64,000 nt of DNA from Laetmonice hystrix (Eukaryota), in NCBI GenBank assembly GCA_965235115.1, contig OZ249437.1:13764001-13828000 (forward strand), written 5' to 3'. Positions 1 to 11,300 of the stretch are shown in pieces. Numbering within the stretch: position 1 is the first letter of the stretch; each line of letters begins with the position of its first letter. Made by a program: the position numbers and the translations under genes. The notes under the pieces were generated by a model. It ran no database searches, was not told the origin of the DNA, and was given only the letters and a program-made list of their open reading frames with translations.

Positions 1-1526
1 ATGAGAGTAAATGAAAGTTTATTTATCTACACATAGTGTAATATACAGTGTTAATGCAGTCCATATTAACCACAACTGGTGGGTTATTTACTGATGCCAC
101 CTTGATGGTCATGTGGTAGATGTACCCAGTCCATACAGGTGGCGCATAAATCACAGAAACCTGTGTATATCATTAAAAAGAAACCAAAAGATCACAGAGG
201 TCTAGAAAAGTTTACCGGTCGTACATATAGATCCTATAAAAGGCCAAGGATTACTATTCAAAATGTGACCTGTCTGAAATTTTTAACAAAACTACGGCAT
301 CCGAAAAATGGGGAGTCCTAAGAAAGGCTATGACAGATGCAGCTGATGAACTAGCCCCGATGACTGAGTACCTGGTTAAAGAAAATAAGCCGGCTTGGCT
401 AACGAATGAAATCCTAGAATTGCAAAAGGATAGAGACTATTATTACGCAAAACATACACGAACCGATAACCCGGATGATTTGAACATAGCAAGGAACCTA
501 TAAAACAGGGCCAACAATGCAGTTAAATATGCGAAGCAACAATACATCAAACAGCGGGCAATAATTCATGAAAAGGACCCAAGAAAATTCTGGAAAACCA
601 TGAAACAGTTAGACCTAGATGAAACGAGACAAATACTTTCATTAACAGATGAAGAAACTAATAGCACTATAGACCCCCAAAACTTACCAGACCACATCAA
701 TGACTTTTTTTTACACAAATAGGACCAAGGCTAGCAAATGTTTTTCCGAATGTAGCCCAAGCTGACAAGAAATTCCAAGTTCCCTAAAACCCAGCATACA
801 TGGACTTGCATATGGCAAGTGAGGAGGAAGTACTAAAATATGTCAGGAAAATATCCGTGTATAAATCATCAGGAATGGAATAACTTAAATTCTAGAATTG
901 TGAAAGATGCAATGTTAATACTGCTACAGGAAATAACACACGTAATTAACCATGCCATTGACACAGGAGATGTCCCTGACGAATGGAAAGTTGCAACAGT
1001 CGTGCCCATCCCAAAGATTGTAAACCCTAAGACTGCAAATGAACTCAGACCCATCTCCCTCTTACCCATTCAAGGAAAGATTCTTGAAAAAGTAGTACAT
1101 GAACAAATTAAGGAATTCAATGAAACCACAAACTACTTAGTTACCACGCAAAATGGATTAAGGAAAAACAAGTCAACTACAAATGCCCTCTTAATTCTAC
1201 TTGATGACATACTGTCGGAAAAGGATAAAGGAAATGCTACTGCCGCTATTTTCTTAGACTTTAAGAGTGCCTTCGACACAATAAATCATGATATCCTACT
1301 ACAAAAGTAACACAGGAGTGGATTGGGCCCAAAGTGTATATCCTTCTTAACCAACTACCTTACAAACAGGCAGCAAAAAACAATCGTAAATGGTAAAACT
1401 TAGAAAATGAAAGGCATTACAACTGGAGTCCCGCAAGGTTCTACCCTTGGGCCTCTGCTCTTTCTTCTTTACATCAATGATCTACCTAAAGCTATCACTG
1501 ATGTAAATAACTTAATGTTTGCAGAT
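1..1526 (+). mobile_element. Degenerate non-LTR retrotransposon (LINE, CR1/L2-like) ORF2 fragment: tether plus reverse transcriptase, with stops and frameshifts
   Basis: Translations give KPAWLTNEILELQKDRD...DPRKFWKTMKQL (tether), then WKVATVVPIPK...LRPISLLP...GKILEKVV...QNGLRKNKST...IFLDFKSAFDTINHDILL (ORF 840-1310). After an in-frame stop comes [21 protein letters not shown]...LMFAD, ending at 1526. A weak ORF2 C-terminal-like stretch (LTNLTQRREQHL) lies near 1880-1920. Confidence 0.93.
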
Positions 1527-2149
1527 GTACCTTTGAACACCAGTAACACCATATAAAGTGTCTAAGGTCACACCGATAAGTGGAACACTGTCAACGGCGA
1601 CTTTTTAAAAATACTGCCCGGGTCATTCGCTATTTCCCACGCGAGACAGCGGGAGCTATATCTATTAGATAAGGGCCAAATAGGGTAAACAAACGGACGA
1701 ACCCAGCGGGAGAATGTCTCTACATTTCGGTTAATTATTCCTTTATTAAAGATCAGATAATCACAGAATTGTAGGTAAGAACAAGCTTGTTCATGCTGAA
1801 CACCCTTATATTGATAGTTTGAACTTTTCTATTCCCTTTAATAAGTAGTATCGTGCAGACGAACTCCATCATGAAAAGTCCAACTTAACAAACCTAACAC
1901 AAAGACGGGAACAACACCTGTATAGAATCTGTTAATGAGGGCAGGCCCCGTCAAATTATATGCACAAAGGTTCGAAATGTAAAGTCCCCGTATGGGGTGC
2001 AGCGGTCATAGGCAGACCAATTAAATTTTACAAATTGATATATCTATCTGTAATAAAAACTAATTGAACCAAAAAAAAACAAGTTTGCATGTAAAGCCAT
2101 TGTTTTTCAATTAAATAAGGGCAAACCTTTAATTTCCAACTTTCGTGTA

Positions 2150-3100
2150 TCAGGAATGATTTATTCTTCTGATTTCTGAAATTGATTTTGATATTTTCCG
2201 GATCCATGTTGGCTGTTGGCAAATGATGGATACAAGCTCCTTACGGAAGGACCTCCCACTGATACTGTAGAGTACAAAGTTGATAGCATTGTTCACTAAG
2301 TTAATCTGGTTGAGTATCAAAAAAATATGATTGTTGTAGATACGCTGTATATTAAAGACCAAGTAACAATAATAAAGTGGAAGGGGAATAGTAAAGATCA
2401 TAAATGAAATTCCAATTACAACACAAATGACGGTAATTCGCCGGGTGTTTTTATGGGTTATTGCATCTTGCCCTCTCGTTGTCTCACTGGCAGCCTGGAA
2501 AACTGCCCTACGCCGGTACAGGTGGCATAATAATATAGTGTTACATGTCATAATAACTATAAGTGGCAGGATGCCGTATAATATCAGATAGCACACCGGC
2601 AGGGCACCTTTGTTGAATGCATCATCCACAACGCAAATCCCATAGCGTGGGACGTACGGCATCATCATTGGGCTGGCAACGTGGATCAAATAGACAACAA
2701 GGGCCATCAAACCGAGCGCCAGTGCTGCCCTCTGCCGTGTAACTAATGTTTTTGCCCTCAGCGGCCATTTTGTGACGATCACCCGCTCCACGTTCACGGC
2801 TGAGATAACCCAGCTCCCATACATCCTCGATGATTGAAAAATGTACTCAACTGTCTTACACTTCTCTGGCGATGAGAGTATCAGGTTCCCAGATATACGG
2901 TACAGCCAGGAAAAGACGGAAGGATTGATTATCAAGACCATCGAGTCCGATATCGCCAACACAATCAGGTACAAAGCTATATTTGTGGCGCGAAACCGTT
3001 TGGACGTGTAGACAACGATGGAAAGTATGTTGCCTAGGAGACCCAGGAGGACGATGGTTGGAGTAGTAGTGAGTACAAACCAGTCTTGGTAAGTCACCAT
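2150..3100 (-). CDS. Intronless class A (rhodopsin-like) GPCR, peptide-receptor-like (FMRFamide/sex-peptide-receptor-related expansion), 316 aa
   Basis: Seven hydrophobic segments. TM1 GLLGN, TM2 LAISD, TM3 Cys (KCKT) with ERV in place of DRY followed by WPL, ECL2 Cys (GICVV), TM6 FTIP, TM7 NNAINFVLY and helix-8 SGRSFRKEL. An in-frame TGA lies 8 codons upstream of the ATG. Confidence 0.93.
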   Translation of the reverse strand: MVTYQDWFVLTTTPTIVLLGLLGNILSIVVYTSKRFRATNIALYLIVLAISDSMVLIINPSVFSWLYRISGNLILSSPEKCKTVEYIFQSSRMYGSWVISAVNVERVIVTKWPLRAKTLVTRQRAALALGLMALVVYLIHVASPMMMPYVPRYGICVVDDAFNKGALPVCYLILYGILPLIVIMTCNTILLCHLYRRRAVFQAASETTRGQDAITHKNTRRITVICVVIGISFMIFTIPLPLYYCYLVFNIQRIYNNHIFLILNQINLVNNAINFVLYSISGRSFRKELVSIICQQPTWIRKISKSISEIRRINHS

Positions 3101-3297
3101 GTTCGAGTTGGTCTCTCCAATTCACGGCTGTATATCCTTCACGTATCCTGGCGCCTTGGCTGAAGTGAAGGAAACAGTTTGATTGCGATACTGTAGGCCT
3201 ACTAGAAGATGACAGGATGGTCAAACTTCTGGTGGGACTTCAGGATATGTTGTTGGCTGAGAGTGGGTTACATATCGTTACATATATGCCTAGATAC

Positions 3298-4339
3298 CAT
3301 TGGCGGATCCAGGGGGGGGGGGGGGGGGGCCAAGGGGGTTTTCATGCTATAGCCCAAGTTGCTGTTGGACTTGAGGAGGCCCTTTTGCCCTTGGTCATAT
3401 TGGTATTTGAATAGCTTATTTTGTGCTCCAAAATGCATCGGATTGCAACCAATTACACCTTGAATTTCTAAGTTTTTCGAGGGGGGGGGGGGCATTCCCC
3501 CGGACCCCCCTAGGAAGGCTTCGCGCCTTCGGCGCTTGCAGACTTCCCGCCTTAGGCGCTCGTACAGTCACATCTGTGTCGCCCCTAAACAAATCCAGAT
3601 ACACACATTTTAACTTAAGGGGGTTCAAACATTATAATTTAGAAGGTTTTTTTTTTTCTTTCAGTCGCAAGATAAAAACCACTTAAAAATTTTTTTTGCC
3701 TCGCTACGCTCGGCATGATTTCATATAACAAAACTTGCTGTTGGACTTGAGGAGGCCCTTTTGCCCTTGGTCATATTGGTCATTGAATAGCTTATTTTGT
3801 GCTCCAATTAAAACGCATCGGATTGCAACCAATTACACCTTGAATTTCTAAGTTTTTCGGGGGCATGCCCCCGGACCCCCTAGGAAGGCTTTCGCGCCTT
3901 CGGCGCTTGCAGACTTCCCACCTTCGGTGCTCATACAGTCACATGTGTGTCGACCCTAAACAAATCCAGATACACACATTTTAACTTAGGGGGGTTCAAA
4001 CATTATAATTTAGAAGGTCTTTTTCTTTCAGTAAAAACCACATAAATTTTTTTTGCCTCGCTACGCTCGGCAGGATTTCATGCTATAGCTAAAGTTGCTG
4101 TTGGCCTTTTTGCCCTTGGTCACATTGGTCATTGAATAGCTTATTTGGTGCTCCAAAATGCATCGGATTGCACCTTGAATTTCAAAATTTTCCGGGGGGC
4201 ATGCCCCCTGACCCCCCCGCGCCTTTCGCAGACGTGCAGACTTCGCGCCTTCGGCGCTCGTACAGTCACGTCTGTGTCGCCCCTAAACAAATTTAGGAAA
4301 ACTTGGCCCCCCCCCTACGAAATCCTGGATCCGCTTATG
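3298..4339. mobile_element. Non-autonomous TIR element (MITE) with 5-bp TSD and an internal ~3x duplicated segment
   Basis: Left end CATTGGCGGATCCAGG; right end CCTGGATCCGCTTATG (reverse complement CATAAGCGGATCCAGG). GATAC flanks both sides (3293-3297, 4340-4344). An internal ~350-380-bp block recurs near 3340, 3735 and 4077. Confidence 0.85.
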
Positions 4340-5297
4340 GATACCAACGTTTCCCTGTGAGTTGATGGAACATACCTACATCAATAAACACGTAGGCCTA
4401 CGTTGTTACTAGGATCATAGGCCAGGTAGAACACTAAATTCCGCTCTAGTTAACGCACTATTCAAACCCCTAACTTTCCTAGACTCTCGCCTGATAAATA
4501 GATCTAAAGGTAGCGTCACACCATTCCCTTCCTGTTTGACTCGAAATATGAACATGGCCCACACCAGGACGATATCGTAATAATTAACCAAACTTACCGA
4601 TAGACGATACCGATTTCTGGTTACCTGGTTAGTATCAGTCAGCAACAGGACTTTACATGAGCCACTTGAAATGAGTTCTGAAGTCAGCACCGTATGAAAT
4701 AGGTCAAGCGGAAATTTGAGAGAACACGGTCGCAGTATCCATTTAGGGAGGAAATATCATCGCCCCTTAATTTAAAGGGGCATGCTATGGAACACTTTTT
4801 TGAGGATTTCCGGCAATTATCCAACATGACCGTGTACTAGGGATTCAAGTAAATAATCCTACCACAGCATTTTGTCCTCCGACGTGTTTTCGCTGCGTAT
4901 GCAGCACAAGTAGGTTATATACGACCAAACCTATAGATTTCTCCCGATAGCACATCTCCCGCCATAATTTGGTAGACAACCTACCATCAACCCGTGTATT
5001 TGCATACTGCGTCACATCCTGCGTGTGCACTCTCTGCATGTGCTTAGTCACGTGCTTTGTTTAGCTGTAAACAATTCAGCAGTTGCACTCGACCCAAAAA
5101 ATATTTTACGAAATCGGCAGAGAAGCGGGCAAGGGAGCTTCATAAACTTCGATTTCTCACGCAAAATGAAACTGATCAAGTCTGTTTTTGTTTACCAAGC
5201 AATTTTAATGAAGGATCTCTTTATGAAAACAGCAAAAGTTCTTTGAAATACAGATTTTTCACGTTTCCTCATAATATGCCCCTTTAAAGTTAATCTT

Positions 5298-5632
5298 CAG
5301 TGGGGGATCCAGGATTTTGATAAGGTGGGGGGGGGGGGGGGGGGGAGGGGGGCACCTAAAACTTTTTTTTAGCCCCGCTACGCTCGGCATGATTTTATTG
5401 TGATTGTGGCCATTTTGGCCCCCTTTTGGTCTATTTCCAGAGTTATCTTGCTGCTGGACTACTGAGAAGGCCCTTTTGGGCCCGATGTTACTATCACGTA
5501 CAATATAGGAGGCTTTTTAAAAGATTTTTTTTGGAATTCTGGTTGTAGGTTTCGGATAAATAATGTATCTTCATAAAAAAGGAAAATTTAAGAGGGGCCG
5601 GGCCCCTGGTCCCCCCTCTGGATCTCCCAGTG
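5298..5632. mobile_element. MITE of the same GGATCCAG-TIR family, 5-bp TSD
   Basis: Left CAGTGGGGGATCCAG; right CTGGATCTCCCAGTG. ATCTT lies at 5293-5297 and 5633-5637. It shares the internal GCTACGCTCGGCATGATTT motif with 3298-4339. Confidence 0.85.
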
Positions 5633-5980
5633 ATCTTATGAATCCTTGTTAATCCTGACTTCTGTTGTCTTTATGTAAACAAATAAGGGATCTCACAGGG
5701 GCCATCAGGCATGCGTAGATGTTTATAAAGTGGTGGCCAAGTGGGAATAAAAATAGGAAAAGTTTACCAGGACATTGCCAAAGGTCACTTAAAAAGCCTG
5801 AAATGTAACAAATTCAGCAAGTTCTTTAAAGGATTATCGTACAGGTCTCAAATGGAAGGGTTTACAAGTTAAAAATTGTAATTTGAATTCGACCGAATAA
5901 CTTGACTTCTGTTTCATGCCTTGAGTTGGCATCGAATAAGGAATGTTTCGTCGTGGTCATTTGCAAGCCCTCTGGGGTCT

Positions 5981-6108
5981 CCGCTAGGGGGCCAAGGCCA
6001 AGCGTTCGGCAGTGAACGTGAGCGGGGGCCAGCGTGGGTCATTTGTTCTGCTGACTCTATTCACAGAGGGCGCCACTGAGAACTACGCAGACCCTATAGA
6101 TGGCAGCA
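5981..6108 (+). promoter_or_regulatory. Cluster of three co-oriented CTCF-like motifs
   Basis: CCGCTAGGGGGCC (5981), CACAGAGGGCGCCA (6062) and CTATAGATGGCAGCA (6094) resemble the bilaterian CTCF core CCASYAGRKGGCRS. Motif match only. Confidence 0.4.
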
Positions 6109-8010
6109 CTATAACTACACTGAAATCGCACTCCCGCTCCAGAGCGTAAATGCTCACTCGTATAATATAATACCCACTCAGAACAACCGAGGCTGCTTCT
6201 GATTGGCCTTTACTACTTCACCTCGGGAGGCAAACCAGGCCTTGGATGTATGAAGCCGCCTTTTTTTCCAGGATTTGCGCAAAGTCTTGTGAAGCGGTAG
6301 CCATGAATATGAGCGGTAAATAGTCGAATTTCTCCCGACGCACAGGCACATGGTTCAAATCTAATTTCTCAACATACCTATCCTTCTCGATTTTTTACCG
6401 CAAAACAATCTCTAATTTACCCACGAGTAAACCAGATATTCTGGCTCTGTAGGCCTAAATACCTATCGCTAGTCATCCGTTTCATCACCTATGTTGTCCT
6501 GGTTGATGGTGGATACACCAAACAGAGAGTGAGCTGTGCCGGAAGTACCTGGTCACTGAAATCCTCAGTCACTTCTTGTTGCTTTTGTGGGTGGGTAGGC
6601 CTATGGGTATGGGTATATAGGGGTCTGTCCAGATACCGGAAAGAGACATTAGCATAGAGCTTTCAGATTTGGAATTGCTATATATAAAGCAGTAAATGAT
6701 GGCATATTCAACCCAATTACGGCAGAGAAAAGTCTCAAGGAATGGACTACTTTTAAGTGACTTTTTTTTATTTGGTCAGTTATGATGCTGTGCTGCGTGT
6801 CAACGCAAGAAACAAAACATACAACAATACGTAAATAATGATAATCCTTCGTAAAATGCGTTTGCATTATAAAACCGGTAATAACACCACGTTTCCTCTA
6901 TTGCACACAAAATATAAACTGCACAAGAACGCGGAATATAGACACGTCCTTTGAGGACATTACATGAGTCAGCCATTATTATATTAGGCTAGTTGCTTTA
7001 AGTACACTGTTTAACAATGCAAGTCTCATGTGGAATTCCACCTCGTGATCCCATGTTACCTTCCGGCCATACGCGTAAGACAAAACATGCCGGTGTGGTT
7101 CAGTCTGGGAGGTCTCCAAAAACAATTCACATCGCGTCGCTAGGCGTCGCGATGTTAGATCATAGGAGTGGTCCTCTTAGTATAGTATAGATCTACGTCC
7201 GTTAGATGGCAGCACTTTCAGAAGGGCCTCCATCGTGGCACAGACGTTAAACAAGATGTGCGTACTATCTGGGTTTCATGAAAAGCATTGAGAGTGAGGT
7301 GTCCTTAAAGCAGTACTTGTTGGTCGTCTATTAAAGCAGGCTGAGGTTGTTTTAAAGAGGGTCACATCACATTACTTAAGACGCCAACTCGTACGTCCAC
7401 AGCTGTAGCAGGTTTTATATTTGGTTTCTCTGATCGCGTGCTACTGATCCTTTCTTTGATCCACCTTATCCAGGACCTGGCTGCTGTGAATCCTTTGCTG
7501 ATTGTTTTAAAGCGACATATCCCGGCGGGTACGTGTTTTATCACATATATAATGCGAGGTGTTCAAGCATGTCGACGCCAGCAGGGCATTAATTCCTAGG
7601 GTATTGCCATGTTGTGTCTGAGCGTTCGACTGGCTCGTCATTCGGGACCATGCTGTCCTCAATAACGTACTGGATTTTATTGTACACAACATGGTGGTCA
7701 CTGACGTCATTTCACGCACGGCTCGTACAGTCTGATGGGCTCACGCATGCGTAGATGACCATCATGTCGAGCAGTTCTCGTTACATAAATAGTATCAAGC
7801 TAAGTATAGATTAGCTTGAGTTGTGGCCAAACCGAACTCCATCGGAGGAAACTGACTCCAAGCACAGGTTCCTTGACCTAGAGTTAGTGCGCACTTACCC
7901 GCTCTACGGACAGGGAAGGTTGGGGGTTGGGGTGAGATAGGATAGGGGTAAAGGTGTTACCCCGCACGGCAGTGTCTGAAACCCTTGTCCCAGTCCCAAG
8001 TCACGTGGTA

Positions 8011-8332
8011 TCACGAGAACTGAGCGGGACTCTCGTAGATATGCTGTCGGAGTGTACCAGGCGCTGATTGGATAGCAGCCGTGTCCCGTTCGTAATACAG
8101 CGCCGCGTCCTCCACTGCTGTTTTGTAGGTCGATCCGACAAATCCCGAGTCGCGGCCGACAGTAGAGAACGATGAGGTAGCATCCCTAGGATAGCATTCC
8201 TCCACCATGGTGGGCCGGTACTTGTGCTGCTCCCACGCCACCCGGTCCTCTTCTAGGAACTTCGAGGAACGCATCGCCTTATCTTCCTGCTCATCCAACC
8301 TTCTCTCTGGCCTCTGCCTCTGTCTCTGACGC
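8011..8332 (-). CDS. Receptor last coding exon (cytoplasmic tail)
   Basis: Acceptor tttctatatttcaag, phase 2. Encodes RQRQRQRPERRLDEQEDK...RDSGFVGS...RQHIYESPAQFS*. Confidence 0.88.
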
Positions 8333-11300
8333 CTTGAAATATAGAAACATAGTACATGTTTTCATTTAGCTGTCTTTCCGAGAAACAAAATGCAGTGGTG
8401 GCCTACTGATTAAGACGAAAACTGCCACGTCTGGGAGGGTCTTTGGGCCATGCCCTCATGCACGCCCTTGGTATCCAATGACCTATTTTACTGAAGAAAA
8501 AATACGTTTGCAGATTACCATTTCTAACACTCGAGCCTGTTTTAATCGGGAACGTAGCCTACGGCAGCAACCCGTGGCAGTTGGGTTTGTTCTAATTGAT
8601 GCCATAAGAGCCCGGTAGATGGCGTGTTTGCTTACCTCCTCATGTAGACGACCACCACTGTGAGAAGGACGCCTCCAAAGAAGACGCCCAAAGCGACGCC
8701 TATAGCGACCACGATCAGGATACCTGTGAGAAATAGACGAGGCATGTGTATTATACCATACTACTACTTTGCTCATTAACGGCACTAGAAGGGGAAGGAA
8801 AAACAAGTGACAAAGATTATTGGTAAGCTAGGCCTAAATGCTTTGAGAAACTTAACAATTTCTATGTCTATATGCCGGGAAATAGCTTTTTATGGCCTTC
8901 AAAAATTTTCTGGGGAGGACACCTAGCCCCCCTCCATGTTCGCTGTGCCGTGCACTCGAGGGCGTCTCCTTTCGTGCAGTGCTGGATCCGCGCCTGTGTT
9001 TAATCGATGAAAACCCCTCGGGGGGGGGGGGGGGGGGCTGCAAATTGTTACATGAGTTTTCAACACTTAATCTAATCTTTTAAGTGCAGTCTGGGTCAGC
9101 TTTCCCGTGAATATTTCTTAAAAATATGCTGTGTTGAAAACAACTATTCGAATATCTATTTTTGAATTAGTGGAACTCATATTAAAAATACATGGTTCCT
9201 GTGGGCCACCGTACCAGAGAGTGCCCTCCCCAGTGCTGTGATAGACGTGGTGGATCTGTCGTTATAATGGCCGAGAAGACCACCAGGGGGATTAAAATGG
9301 CTGCCGGTAGCGTGGCTGACTGCGAGCCTCGCTTTGAATTTCCCATCGGCCCTTGCGGCACGCAAATACCCGGCCTGGTATTATGGCAGTGGAGTCCGAT
9401 ATGATACAGTGACTGCCACCGGCTAGCAGATCCTTATAATAAATCTTTGCCTTGACCGACACCGTTCTGTCTATACCGGCCAGAAGAAGCGGGGTGTTTT
9501 CTCAGATAATTTCACCTTTAAACCAATCATCGCCATCGAGTAGTTTTTATATTGTAATGTATAGTAGATACACCAGGCTTGAAACCTGTATGTACTGTAG
9601 GCATGTGGTCATGACTTACCATAAGGAAAGGACCTGCCATCGCCCATAATAGTACCGAAGTGCCACTGAGGGTTATCTACAAGATAAAAGTTATTCAAAA
9701 CATTAGGCAATGATACAATGTATACAATGATGTCGAAGGCGTACATTATTCCCTATAATCTCTGAAACATCTTTATAGCTCACTAGAGCCCATGGAGATT
9801 GCAAATCTTTACCGATGATTCAAAAATAGAATCGTTTGATAAAAACATGTCTCCTTTTTTTCTCTAAGCGTTTACATATAGTTTCTTGACTCTTCCATAG
9901 AGTTCGAAAGAGAGGCAAAACATGACACAAACAATCAACGATGCATATAAATTGTCAATGTAATGCAGAGCTTAAATCTCACAGTTAAATAATGATTCTA
10001 AGGTCAGCTACACCCTACAACCTTTTCCAATATTCAGGTACGGTGACACCCCAAGATTTATGAGTGCAGTTCAAAGGTTAGATGAGTTCAGGAGACGCAG
10101 TAATAACAATCATATAAAAGAGTTCTTTTAAAATCATTTCCACATGTATAAACTCGGTATGACTCATCTTGCTGAGAAATCTATATTTTAAATCAAATTA
10201 ATGGGCTGTATCTCCCAATGCGGCATTCTCCGCTGAGAGAAAGACGCTTTGTGCAATTCCAAATCAATCAAAAGAGTCTAGGGAAATCGGGACAGCCTCT
10301 TCTGTCAGTGTGTATCGATCATGATCACGTCGTATATATCCCTTACATTGGCCATATTTATCAACCCTGGCCAGTATAGATTAGAGTGCTTTGAAGTTAG
10401 TTTTATATGACGAAACCGATATGTTAATAAGTAGGTTTATAAGCAGACGGACGATGTCGCACCGAATGATCTGCTTTCAGTGCCAGGTCGATGTTTAACT
10501 CCGGGACAGGAGAGCGTGATGCTGAGGCATGCCGGGAGGTATGAACGGACGCTGGGTCCGGAAGTTGGCCTGCAGGGGATGACGGGACGGCGTAGCGTGA
10601 TGCTGTGGCCCGCCAGGTTTGTTCGGAAACAAAGCAATGGACCCACCAACGATATGCTTTTATTGGGCGTTATTGTTACCGGGCCTTGCCGTCCGTGATC
10701 TAGCACATTTAGCAGGACATACATGTCCTAATGTAATGCATAAACACGGGCATTGCGGATAGGACAATTTCAGTGGATGAATAAAACGGCCATCCTGAAG
10801 AATTGGGTCTTAGCGGCATGTATTCACTTACACAGAATATGTCGTGATCGGCAGCAGATTCAAGTCGGGGTTATTCACTGCCGTTTACTTAACTAATGTG
10901 ACCGTTACATTTATTCTACATTAATGGTCACAAAGGATGCAGACCCAGGCACAGACGCTACGTAGCGGTGCGTAATATTACAATATGTCGCACGCAGGCC
11001 GGGGAAAGGTGAGGCTATTGAATGAATTCACCTTGTTATAGGACTGGTGGCCAGGATTGCAAACATTTATGGTGGAGAGTGAATCATGCAATAACAACTA
11101 CAGTGTGGGACAAAGGCTGGTGACTTATGATGGTGTATAATAATGTTCGTTATACCCGTATAACATGGCCGGGGGGGAGCTACCTCAATACATAATGTCA
11201 CTTCAGACGAGAGGAAATCCAACGCCCGGTTTCTTTAGTGAGCGTTATTGTCTTTTTGTTTTTTGTTTCCCATTTATGGATTATTGCCGATGGAAAATCG

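Noticed and set aside
1500-1530. LINE RT homology stops exactly at the FAD(D) catalytic motif
   Set aside because: Most simply a random deletion or insertion breakpoint in a decayed copy; nothing indicates function.
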